Positions 27,659 to 38,100 of a stretch of DNA of 64,000 nucleotides are shown here, in pieces. Made by a program: the position numbers and the translations under genes. This DNA is from an uncultured virus (IMG/VR IMGVR_UViG_3300001419_000001) (taxonomy: Duplodnaviria; Heunggongvirae; Uroviricota; Caudoviricetes). Where the stretch lies: positions 1-64,000 of IMG/VR virus record IMGVR_UViG_3300001419_000001; one strand, written 5' to 3'. Position 1 is the first letter of the stretch, and every line of letters starts with the position of its first letter. The notes beneath the pieces were generated by a model, which ran no database searches, was not told where the DNA came from, and worked only from the letters and a program-made list of their open reading frames with translations.

Positions 27659-27976
27659 TCAGAGACAAGACAGGTACACCTTATCTTGGTAGGAATCGAG
27701 ATTCCAATCGACCTCATCAAAGATGAAGGCGCCTGAGCGACGAACACCGTTCATGTATTCCTTATCGAGGCCGTGGTTCTCAGCAAAGCAGCGAAGGGAA
27801 TTGGCTTCCTCGAAGATGCTGCTGTACGGCTTCGCGGGGCAGTCTAGAGAATTGGCTAGATTCTCAGTGCTGAGGACCAAGATCTTAGTAAGAATGTTTC
27901 GCGAAACATTGACGGTTCCGCTAGCATTGCGAGATGGACGAGATGCGGTACGAATCGAACGAGTACGAGTTGGCAT
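27659..27976 (-). CDS. Early hypothetical protein
   Basis: 105 aa, AAGGAG SD. Confidence 0.6.
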   Translation of the reverse strand: MPTRTRSIRTASRPSRNASGTVNVSRNILTKILVLSTENLANSLDCPAKPYSSIFEEANSLRCFAENHGLDKEYMNGVRRSGAFIFDEVDWNLDSYQDKVYLSCL

Positions 27977-28044
27977 AATGATCTCCTTGAAAGAGGAATA
28001 AGCAAGACGGTGAGTGGTCTTACCACCCGCCTTCGCCCTGCAAA

Positions 28045-28119
28045 TAGGCCGGGCAGGATTCGAACCTGCGTCTCCCCAGTTATAAGCCGGGGCGCTTTAG
28101 GCCGCTGAGCCACCAGCCC
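28045..28119 (-). tRNA. tRNA-Ile(TAT)
   Basis: GGGCTGG TG GCT..AGC..CCCGG CT-TAT-AA CTGGG GAGAC GCAGG TTCGAAT CCTGC CCGGCCT A. Confidence 0.85.
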
Positions 28120-28170
28120 AAGTATTATTTTTTAAGCGGTTGATCTTAAACTCAACCTGTCTTGCCAAGA

Positions 28171-28402
28171 AAAGGAACCTAGGGTATTTCTACCCTAGGC
28201 TCCACGATAGTAATTGCCCACAAGAAACGCACTATCATTGTCTCTTGTGTGTCTCTAGGTATCAAGACCTATTGACTTGGCGGTTTTTTGTCCCGCTATT
28301 TATTAACCGCCTACGGGCTAGGTTGCTTGCGGTGCCCCTTCTGGCTTGATCCAAGGCTAGGGCGTAGCCTAAAGGAGCCTAGGGTATTTCTACCCTAGGC
28401 TC
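28171..28402 (-). repeat. Two copies of a 32-bp palindromic element (28171-28202, 28371-28402); terminator-like GAAA hairpins
   Basis: aaaggaRcctagggtatttctaccctaggctc, one mismatch between copies, exactly 200 bp apart. Confidence 0.88.
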
Positions 28403-28439
28403 GACTCCCGGTTTATCCTACCGGGGGAGGTGTGGGAGG

Positions 28440-28649
28440 TTATTCCACTACTGCCAGACCTCGCTCTTGAGCGACCTCCATCAATGCCTCGATCTTGACA
28501 GGATCCTTCATGGTTCCGGCCTCGATCTGTCCAAGCATCCCAAGGATGAGATGATTATCAACCCTGCGATACTTCTCCAAGGAAGATTCCTTCTGCGTGG
28601 TAGTAACAATGTACTCCACCCCATTAACAACCATCTTCTTTGTAGGCAT
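28440..28649 (-). CDS. Early hypothetical protein
   Basis: 69 aa, AGGAG SD. Confidence 0.6.
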   Translation of the reverse strand: MPTKKMVVNGVEYIVTTTQKESSLEKYRRVDNHLILGMLGQIEAGTMKDPVKIEALMEVAQERGLAVVE

Positions 28650-28762
28650 GGACCTACTCCTGTGAAAGTTGGTGCGTTACCTTGCCTACACCATGTCGGC
28701 ATGGCACACACCGGGTGAACAAATTTCAAAAGGCTGACGCCGGGCTTACCACCGGCGGCAGC

Positions 28763-28972
28763 CGTAAGATGTAAGATGTAACTCGTACATGGAAAAAAGC
28801 AGGTAGCCCTAAGTACGACCCCCTGTAGCCAGTAAAGTACGGTAAACTACGGTAAACTGCGGTAAGAAAGTACGCTAAAGTACAATTTAGGTACAGTCCG
28901 GGGTACCCTACGGTAGTGTAAACAGTATAGTAGGGTAACAGTAGGGTAATGTAGGGTAACGTAGGGTATTTC
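28763..28972. repeat. Non-coding array of short GTAA/GGTAAA/GTAGGGTAA repeats, ~10-bp period
   Basis: AGTAAAGTAC GGTAAACTAC GGTAAACTGC GGTAAG... and four GTAGGGTA(A/T) copies at 28930-28970. Confidence 0.8.
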
Positions 28973-28999
28973 ATTGCCCTTTTATTTTACAACTAACTA

Positions 29000-29422
29000 T
29001 CAATCCTCGTTGGTGTACCTTGCCTCAGTTGGCTTGAAGTGCGTGTGCCACCCGGTTTCCCGAGTCTCGGCGTTCCACTTCTTCCAGAACTCCTCCTTGG
29101 CGTCTGACAGCGTTGGTCCACCAACATGTGTGACCGTGATCGTGTCTCCCATGGGGTGCTTTGCACGCTTGATGGTCACACGCCAAGACAACTCCGACAC
29201 CTGCTTGGTGTAGGTAGTCTTTGCCATCCACTGGTTGGGAATTACTTCCCAGCCCATGGCCTTAGCCATGGCAGTCACCGGACCCCAAGGGGATCCACTC
29301 TTGATGGCAAGTCCCTGAGTGTCTCCCTCGGCCTCCAAGATCTTGAACCTCTTGTCCAAGGTGATGGAAACCAGAGAGGTTCGGTCCTTTGACCACAGAA
29401 GGAACTTTCTACATGGAAACAT
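29000..29422 (-). CDS. Early hypothetical protein (140 aa) downstream of the short RNAP
   Basis: GGAGG SD before MFPCRKF; GC-rich like the RNAP gene. Confidence 0.65.
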   Translation of the reverse strand: MFPCRKFLLWSKDRTSLVSITLDKRFKILEAEGDTQGLAIKSGSPWGPVTAMAKAMGWEVIPNQWMAKTTYTKQVSELSWRVTIKRAKHPMGDTITVTHVGGPTLSDAKEEFWKKWNAETRETGWHTHFKPTEARYTNED

Positions 29423-29526
29423 GCTTAACCTCCGGTGCTTAGCACCGATAGAGAAAGGAACACCTAACCACATTGGTTAGGGAATGCCCTTGCCCCCATT
29501 TCTGGGAGCAAGGGTCCATGTGTTGC

Positions 29527-31317
29527 TTAGCAACCAAGGATGTGACGGGACTTGGCAAACCGCTTGCGGTCAGCACCCGGATAATTCAGGGGCGTGACCT
29601 TTGAGGGAATCAGGATCTCACGATCCAAGAACTTCTGATCCACCCGACTGATGCAAGCCTTGAAGGCCTGCCGAGCCCATCGAGCGTGGGCGATGGGAGT
29701 TCCGATGGAGTCATGGATTGGCGCAATGCGAATCCCTGCCTCTGCCGCCATGAGAGCCATGAAGTGGATTGCACTAGCATCCACAGAGTGGATGACATTC
29801 GGGCCTGCCGCAGCATCTGAGGACGCTGCGTGAAGTGGCTGGAATGAGATTCGATGACGCTTGCCATCGAAGGTCACACTCACATCCCACGGCTTGGCAT
29901 CCATGTCGACGACCATGCCGCGGTTGAAGACACGGCATCCCGATGGCGAAGTCCAGTTAAGGACTTGACCATCATTACGACGGTTACGAGATGCCTGCTT
30001 GATTGCCATCATGGAAGGACGAAGACGGCTGGTAAGACCAGCAGCCGCCTTGGACCCGAACAACGAAGTCTCGTATGCCCGAGCCACATCACTGGCAACA
30101 CGAACTGCCAGAGACCATCCAAGAGCCTGCCACACACCAGCGTACCTCTCGTTGAGGTCCAACTTGGAGACCTTTTCAAGAGATCCCACTATGTAATCAC
30201 CAGCATTGTCCACATACTGGATTGGGCTGGTCTGCGGGTTCTTGAGAATTGCACCCCGAGTAAGCGAGGGGTTTGCTGCCGAGTAGATCATCGGAACAGC
30301 AAACGTCTTGGCGGTCTTCCGATCAACGAACATCGGGTTGTCCCTGACATGAACAGGCAGGAGACGTGCCTCGTTGACGTAGGCAGACATTGCAGTGTAC
30401 AACGACTGCGGCGAGTCTGAAGGGTAGAGGTTGGTGAGATGGCACAGAGCCTCGTCACCAGTGAACCAGCCATACCACGCTGGACCAGATGCACTCTGGT
30501 CCTGCTGGAGAATGTAGCCAGAACAACCCTCTTCCTTCATCTCGCGAATTGCCTCAGCAGCCCGCAATGCACAGAAGGGCTTGCTGTCCTTGCAGTCCCT
30601 GACAAACTTCACGGGATCTGCAAGGATGTCCTCGTAGTTGTCCTCCGTGACACCGTACTCCTTCTTGATGACTTCCAGAAAGATCTGGATATCATCGTCC
30701 GAAGCAGGCAACTTCTCAGCGAAGTCACACGACGCACGGTGGGCATCACCACCTTGATAGGAGGCAACGCCGCGCGAGTCAGTGTACAGACGATAGCGGA
30801 AGTCTGGGAACAATGGGAGGTAGTAATTACCCTCACCAAAGTTCGTGAACTCCTGAAGCATCAGGAGTTCCATTTGGTTCCGCTTGGGGTCAAAGAACCC
30901 CTCAGCAGCCAGAGTCCGCATCGCCTGAAGCACCAACTTGTTCGGAGCGAACTCAGTCTCCGACAAGTACGTCACAGCATCCTTGAAGGCATCTGGCAAG
31001 TCAAGGTCCAGAACACCGTCAGGTGCCATCGACCGCCGCCTCGTGGCTGCGGCACTACGCTGAAGACGAGCCGTGGTCTTGCCGGTGGACTCGACATCGT
31101 TGTTCCGAATGAACAACGATGAGTAGTTGTTACCAACTTCACCGGCCTCGTCGATCGCATCACTACCTGAGAGGGAGAACATGCTCAGGTTGCCATCATC
31201 GAGACCCATCTGCAACAACTGCTGCAACCCATCGCGGTCATCGACGCCGGTATGTTCGGCGACCCGTTGCATGAACTTGGATGCACGCAACACATTGTTT
31301 AACAGGTATCTATACAT
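29527..31317 (-). CDS. Second, short divergent single-subunit (T7-superfamily) RNA polymerase (596 aa)
   Basis: PDFRYRLY...SYQGGD, motif A QDQSASG, PQSLY, motif B RKTAKTFAVPMIYS, WTSPSG, GPNVIHSVDAS, motif C PIHDSIG, in the T7 order; AGGAG SD. Confidence 0.9.
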   Translation of the reverse strand: MYRYLLNNVLRASKFMQRVAEHTGVDDRDGLQQLLQMGLDDGNLSMFSLSGSDAIDEAGEVGNNYSSLFIRNNDVESTGKTTARLQRSAAATRRRSMAPDGVLDLDLPDAFKDAVTYLSETEFAPNKLVLQAMRTLAAEGFFDPKRNQMELLMLQEFTNFGEGNYYLPLFPDFRYRLYTDSRGVASYQGGDAHRASCDFAEKLPASDDDIQIFLEVIKKEYGVTEDNYEDILADPVKFVRDCKDSKPFCALRAAEAIREMKEEGCSGYILQQDQSASGPAWYGWFTGDEALCHLTNLYPSDSPQSLYTAMSAYVNEARLLPVHVRDNPMFVDRKTAKTFAVPMIYSAANPSLTRGAILKNPQTSPIQYVDNAGDYIVGSLEKVSKLDLNERYAGVWQALGWSLAVRVASDVARAYETSLFGSKAAAGLTSRLRPSMMAIKQASRNRRNDGQVLNWTSPSGCRVFNRGMVVDMDAKPWDVSVTFDGKRHRISFQPLHAASSDAAAGPNVIHSVDASAIHFMALMAAEAGIRIAPIHDSIGTPIAHARWARQAFKACISRVDQKFLDREILIPSKVTPLNYPGADRKRFAKSRHILGC

Positions 31318-31383
31318 GATACCAGTCTCCTAGTTGACCCTGTTGGTGATTGGGTTTGTGTTGGGTCAGACACAAGCCCTAAG

Positions 31384-31516
31384 TGCTGTAACAGTACAGC
31401 CATGGCTCCCCTCTTGTGAGGGGAGCCGAGGTCACACTGTTGCCACCCACCAGCACAGTAGCATTGCTGGGGGGGTAAGGGGGGGTAACGATACCTCCCA
31501 ACTTGTTACTCCCCCT
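31384..31516. promoter_or_regulatory. Hairpin- and G-tract-rich leader upstream of the short RNAP; probable genome-end region
   Basis: GCTGTA-acag-TACAGC, GGCTCCCCTC-ttgt-GAGGGGAGCC (31404-31427), (G7TAA)x2 (31469-31488); composition shifts here. Confidence 0.5.
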
Positions 31517-31554
31517 CCGTAAATTCCTGACCCCCTAGTCGATTTTCTTTTTTA

Positions 31555-31785
31555 TTATTTTTTCCAAGAAATTCTCTTTGGTCCTTTCTTGCGGTTCTTT
31601 GCTGACGAACACATGGCTTTGGTTGGTCGGCACGCTGGATATGGTCGTTTGCTTCCTCCCTTGGCAGACTTCCTCCCACATGTCTTTCCTGTCTTGCAAT
31701 CCACCCATCCCTTGCCTTGATTGCGACTAAACCATCCATGCAATCCCTTTTTCTTTTCTTGATCGAAGTTAGCCTTTTTTGCCAT
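31555..31785 (-). CDS. Small basic protein (DUF5872-like)
   Basis: GL..WF...GWVDCKTGKTCGR...YPACRP. Confidence 0.7.
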   Translation of the reverse strand: MAKKANFDQEKKKGLHGWFSRNQGKGWVDCKTGKTCGRKSAKGGSKRPYPACRPTKAMCSSAKNRKKGPKRISWKK

Positions 31786-31927
31786 TGGACTTACCCTTTC
31801 CCCAGTTCTTGGCTCCGACCTTTCGGCATTTTACCAGTGCCCCGGAGGCGTATGCGCTGGGCCATTTGGTGTAACGACTTTTTACTTTGGAGTAGCAGGC
31901 GTCTCGTTTTGCTTTCTTTTTTGCCAT
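31769..31927 (-). CDS. Small basic protein
   Basis: DACYSKVKSRYTKWPSAYASGALVKCRK, a recurrent motif in aquatic phage proteins. Confidence 0.7.
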   Translation of the reverse strand: MAKKKAKRDACYSKVKSRYTKWPSAYASGALVKCRKVGAKNWGKGKSNGKKG

Positions 31928-31928
31928 G

Positions 31929-32189
31929 TCAGCACGCCCACTTTCTTCTTGCCTTACATGCTCGTTTATCAGGAGTCTTTTTACAATCAATATTGAATTT
32001 CTTGATTTGTCCTAGGTTGCGGGCACAGAAGGATTTCTTTCGTGGACCCCCTCCCGGCTGGGGTGGCTTGAGGTTGGAGCCTGTCTTTCGGTTGATCATG
32101 GCTCTTCCCTTGGCGGTAAGCCCACCCTTGGGATCTTTACATTTGTTTCCGATATTGCAACCTTTCATTGCACCTTTCTTCTTTGCCAT
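31929..32189 (-). CDS. Small basic protein (DUF6321-like)
   Basis: KDPKGGLTAKGRA...GSNLKPP...RKKSFCAR...ARRKW.C. Confidence 0.7.
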   Translation of the reverse strand: MAKKKGAMKGCNIGNKCKDPKGGLTAKGRAMINRKTGSNLKPPQPGGGPRKKSFCARNLGQIKKFNIDCKKTPDKRACKARRKWAC

Positions 32190-35100
32190 TACGGTCCTCC
32201 TAACTGTTCTGGTGGTTTGGCAGGATTGATACTCCTTGGTCCCTCCATTGGGCTAGGAGTTGTGGTTGGTTGTGGCTGAGGTGCCGCAGGAGGCTCTGAG
32301 ACGCCCTCTGCGGGACTTTGTAGGTTTTGGAGTAGTTCGGTAGCCTTGGGAGGCTGGAACGGCATAGGAGGCATCTGAGCGTCCATAAACGAAGGCATTG
32401 GTTGGACTAGGTTCTTCATTCCTGTTGGGAATGCTTCGTTCAGTATTGCCCTAAATAGGCTTCTTTCTGTCTCTAACTGATTATCCATCAAGGTGTTACC
32501 TACATTTATGGGGCTTGTGTTCCTTCCTCTATTGGTTTTATTCTTGTTTTGTTTGAATTCTGGGTCAATGACTGATGCAATATAGTATCTTGTAATTGGG
32601 TCAATAAATGGAATTAACCTAGCCGCAAAATCAGTAGCCTGCCCTAATGAAAATTCACCATCTCTATTGATGGCATCTTGACCAATTTGAATACTTTTTG
32701 CTACACCGCTTAAGATTGCGGCGGCTGCTGGAGGCAGTCCTGCCAAGGTCATGTCATAGATTGAGATTTTATCACCAGCAATGGTCTTGCCAGCAATAAT
32801 GGGAAGTAGTGATGCAACGATGCTTGGTAGCATTCTTGTCGTAAAGAATGGGTTTCGTGCAACAACGGTTGTGAGAAGCGTATAGTCTTTTATGTTTGGT
32901 CCTTCTTTCTTCCATCTTTCTATGTCATCTTCTGTAATGACACCAACAGCCCACAACAATGCAAGATTGTAAATAATATCAAAGAACCCTGCTGTTATAA
33001 CCTTGGTTGCAAGGATCCCACCTGTTGTTCTGCCATAGGATTCTAAGGCATGTTGGGTTACAAACAACTTTGGAAACGATCTGTACAGATTCATGAATGA
33101 TAGGATAGGACGACCTTCTGTCTGCCTATCCATTGTATTTCCTTCTGTAATAGCCTGTCTCATCAATGAGACTTGGAATTTACCAACAGCATTCAATGCT
33201 TCGTATAGATCGTTCTTTGTCAGCCCACCAGAGTTTGGCATCTTGTCAAACAGTCTTGATGTTACAGATTCTTCAATCATTCTTTGGATTTCGCTGATAT
33301 CAAAGAACTCTCTTCCCAATATTCCAGTTTTCGAGATTCCGTTAAGTTCAGTTACAATGTACTTTAGAGCCTTGATTGTTTTTCGATCAAGCAAACCAGA
33401 CTCATGCATGTATTGGACAACCAGTTTTTCAGATCCCCAAAGATCCAAGATCCTAGTAGTTCCTACTTCTACTTCCAATCTCTTGTACATTTCTGGTCCT
33501 CTTGGACCATCATATTGTTCGATAAAATCAAGATACTTCTCTAATTTGTTGATTCTTCTAATCAATGCTACCTGTGCTTGTCGCATCATTGCGGCTCTTA
33601 ATGCAGGTTCTACTATAAGATGAGAGTCTTTTATTCTTTTCCAAAAAGAATCAATAGCACCTTTTACCTTTATTGGTTTTGTTTTTTTGAATCCATTTTG
33701 ATCTAGACTGCTGACGGCTTCTTCTTCATCTTTAGTAATTAATTGATGTTCTAAGAATCCTCTTGTTGCTGTGTCGATATCGAACAAGGCTTGAGGGACA
33801 GATGTGAATATTGAATTGTTAAGCAATCTATTTCCAAGTTTTCGTGAGATGACATTTGTAAATAAGGGCAATATACCAGAGACCACATCTTTCATGAATG
33901 CTATGGGATTGCCTCCATAGATTGTGGTAACAACGGTACTTAATGTACCTTCGTTGATTAATGCTGCGGCGTTTCGGTTTGGACCCCATAGTGCAGTGGT
34001 AAAGAAGTCTGCTGCACGCAATCCAAAATTTTCTTCACCCGATCCTTGAGTTTCAATTACTCTAGTTGCAGCACCAATTGCAAGATCGTGTTTTCTCTGG
34101 ACCTCATCCAATACACTATCCCAATCGGAATCTTGCTTTGCGCCTTTAATTGCTTCAATGAGGTTTGCAAAACTAACTCCCCTGACTCCAGACAGGTCTT
34201 GGATGGCTTTTCGGTTATAGGCAGATCTTGCCATTGTTCTTTCCATACCTACAATGATTGATTTTAGATCTGTTGAAAACCCATTTCTAAGGATGCTTCG
34301 TTCGTTTGGATTCAAACCACTTGCCTCGATAAAGATATCCTTGGCAGTTACATCCAATGACTGGGCATTAGGCATAACAGTACTATGACCTTGTGAGTTT
34401 ATTAAATTAAGTACTCTCAACCTAATAGGAGAATTCTTTTTGTCAAGAACATTGTTTTTAAAATACTTTGGTGGTTTTGTAGAACCATAAAAGATGTATG
34501 GCAGTCTGCCTCTTACAATATCTTGTTCTTGTCGTACCGCCGATTCACTAACTTGATTGTTTAAGTTACCCTGTAGGTATTTAATTATCGTATTTCTTTG
34601 ACTTGAATTTAAAGATTTAAAGATAGTACTATATGATTTACCAGAGTTTGCTTGTCTTAGGATTCTAGTTGCGGCTTCTAAAAGATGCTCTTTGGCGGCT
34701 TGCCAATTGCTGTTTGTTGTGTTTAACTTTAAGGAATACTTAAACGAACTAAGAGTCAAAGTGGTATTTGGGTTCTTTTCTTTGTATAACTCAAAAGCAA
34801 AAGACTCAACTTCATCGAGAATAAGTCTTTGTGCTTCATTTAGTTTGATTATCTCACTTTGGATTTTATTGTAGAATTCCTCAATTGGGCTGTTGTTTGA
34901 ATATGCATCGCTGATACTAAACATGCCACCGCTCAGGTAGAGGGAGTATACATCTACCATGCCCTCATCTTTCATGTTGTCTTCTACCTTTTTGGTGTAT
35001 AGTTTGGACAATGCTTCTTCAAATCTACCAGCACTTTCCGAATCTTTCTCAAAGAATGTGTTGTTTATTCTCAAAGCAATCATATCTTCAGGCGAGACAA

Positions 35101-38100
35101 AGCTTGAAGTGTAGGTTTCATACTCTACAGCAAGATCTACAAAGTTTGAAATGTTGCTTGCATATGTTTCAGCATACTGTTTGGCAAGTTCAAACATCTC
35201 ATTTGTAAGATCTTCACCAATTGGTATTTGATTTCTATCAGATGGCTTTCCTAAAAGCATATAATAGAAGGCTGCACTGCGAATTAATTGTGCTTCTCTT
35301 TGGTTATAGGAGTTTTTAATTCTTTCTGACATCAATACAACAGGTCTTGACCATTGTTCAATGTAGTTTTTGTCTTGAAGAATGCCCCCAACCTTTTCAC
35401 TGAAGATTCCACCACCCTTAACCGTGTTCATAATGAAGCCAAGTGCAACCAAAATTGACTCGGCAGACGCATAGGTAAGGTTTGCACTGCTACCACCACC
35501 CAAACCTCCGCCAAGTTTACCTTGTTCTCCGACTTTTCTTGCTGTTCCGGTCAAGAATGTTTCAATAATCCAGTTTCTTACTCTTGTTGCCTTGGGCATA
35601 TCCCTTACAAGTCTTGAAATTACAGAAAGATTATCTGGTCTTACGCCTCTAATCTTTGAGATTCTCTCCAAAACAAAGGTAGCAAGTGCTATTCTTTCAT
35701 CTTTGCTTCTTGGTTTTCTTGTAATCTCAACTTGACCAGTCTCACTACCATATTGAACCAGTCTATTTATGGTTTCGATGTACTCTTTTGTGTCCAAACC
35801 TAGAATTGTATTTGCTGGTAGTTCAGCCAACTCGTTTTTGTAATTTATAAGTGTGGCTTGCTCCTCTTCACTAAGATATTCCACCCTTGATTCTAGTGCA
35901 TCCACTGTATTGTACTTGCCCAAAAGGTCAACAATTTTATCACTGTCTATTATTCCGGTTCCTCGCTCCAATTCTACAAGAGGAGTGCCGAATGTTCCTG
36001 TTATATTGTCAACCGCAGCCCTAGATGTGCTGTATGTATTGCCAAAGTTAAACATGACTTCAACAAGGTTGTCCATATACTCCATTGCTTTGCGATTTGA
36101 TTGTCTAAATACCTGCATTCTTTGTGTTATGGACGAGGCAATTCTTTTTATTCTATTGAATGCTCGCTCCCACCAACTGGTTGCCTCATCAACAACATTG
36201 TATTTTTCTCTGAGTTTGTTAATATTGTTGATGACACTCTTGTTATTGATGGTTCTTGATATTAAAACAAATGCTCCCCACTCTGCAAGAAATTCTTCTG
36301 CATTTGTGGTATAGTGATCAAGCAATGCATTTATTTCACCCTTGTCTCCAGCATACATGGAAGTTACCATGTCGGTAATTGCTTCTTTTCCTTCTTTGGT
36401 TCTGAATGCTGCAATAAATCCACGATATGCTTCACTTTCGGTTTCCAAATGCCTGAGCCTTGCAATGTGTGAAATCTCATGTGCCATGACTTCCAATGCT
36501 TCAGGTACGGCTCTACGCTTTAATAGTTGTGGGTTGAGTTTGATTACAAACCTATCGCCATATCTCTGACTTAAACCAGCACGCTCAAGGCTAGGGTCTA
36601 AAACAATTGATAAGTTGTTTGCAAACTCCTTGTTGTGAGTTAGAATGATTCCAAACATGCCTCTATACAACTCGGCAGTTTCTTCTGTTATTGCTCCTTG
36701 TTGAACAAGTGCAGAGATTTGTATTTCAATATGTTGTCCATTTGATTGGAATGCATCAGTAAGACCGTCGTCTTCGACAAGTGTCTCAATATTGTTGTCT
36801 GTTAACAAGATGCCAGCCTCTTGGGTGTATTGTTTGTTGGCATTCTCAAGGGCTTGCTTTGCGAGTTGAACTTCTTCTCTGCTAGAGGTATCCTCAACAC
36901 CAATAGCCTTAAGAACCTTTGGACTAATGTTTATAACTTCAATTGGTCCATTCAACTCAACAAATCTTTTGGCTTGATGGGAGAATTTGTTTCTAGGTAC
37001 ATCTCTTGTAACAGCGTTCAAATAATCATTTATAAATAAAGAAGCATCTCGATAAATCTTTTCAAACTGCTTATTATCCATAGCAGATCCAACATAAGAT
37101 CTTAATCTTTGTAGTCTTGCTTCTCTTTCTTCAACTTGAGACATGATGATGATTGCTGGAATAAGATACTTGTTGTCGCTTGTTAATAGAGTTTCAAGTC
37201 TTTCTGCTTCTTCTGTAAGTCCATACATCCTTGCCGTCTCAATTGCTCTTGAGATTTTACCCTGCCATGCTCTATCAAATGCGGTGCCTCTTGGGTCAGC
37301 ATCTTTTCCTGCAACATAAAAACCAGCATCATATACTTCAACAGGCAAACCAAAATCGCCACTCATTCCCACATTGTATGTTGTTCTTAATGGAGAAGTA
37401 GAGCGAGAGTGCAGAATTGAAAGGATATCCATTTCATCAGCATAGGCCATTCTCTGTGTTTCGTAGAATCGTCTTCGTTCTGCATTCATAAACACCATAT
37501 TCTCATTGTCTACCATGCCAATATCTGTTCCAAGTGCTGTTGCTAGTTCTGTGTTATACAACAATACTTGGTTTTGAAGTTGGGTAAACATGTTTTGCAA
37601 ATCTTCTGGTGTTAGTTTGTAGATTGTATTGCCATTGGTTCGTGAAGTATCGAACCTAGGCATTCCACCATCCCGTCCCCTTGCTTTAGGATTCTTAGCA
37701 TTGTCAAAATCTATTTTATTTCCAATTTGAGTTTCTTGTGTAACTTCATCAATGAACAAGTAAAGATCAAACTCTTCTCTTCTTTGCGTTCTATCCGATG
37801 TGAAGATCTCTCTAAATACTGCTTGCTGATGTTCTTTTGGTACAGAACTCAATAGTACAAAGCCATTACCATCCTTTTCCAGCGATTTAAAGTTTTCTGG
37901 GTCTACCTTTTTCATGTACTCTGTTGCTATTTTTCTGCCTTCAGTTTCATATACAACATTGTAAATCATCTGTAAGGAGTCGATACTCTGCACTGTAAGA
38001 GTTGTTATTCTTGTAGAGCGTTCGTCTGATGAAGGTTCTCCAGAAGCAACGATGTTGTTTGTTGGCTCAAGACCTAGTGTAATTGGCTTAAGGACATTGA

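Noticed and set aside
26774..28119. tRNAs as a prophage attachment site
   Set aside because: No integrase, repressor, duplicated tRNA 3' end or host genes in the window.
28171..28402. CRISPR-like palindromic repeats
   Set aside because: Only two copies, a 168-bp gap and no cas genes.
28726..28974. 82-aa Tyr/Pro/Leu-rich ORF
   Set aside because: It is the translation of the repeat array; no convincing SD.
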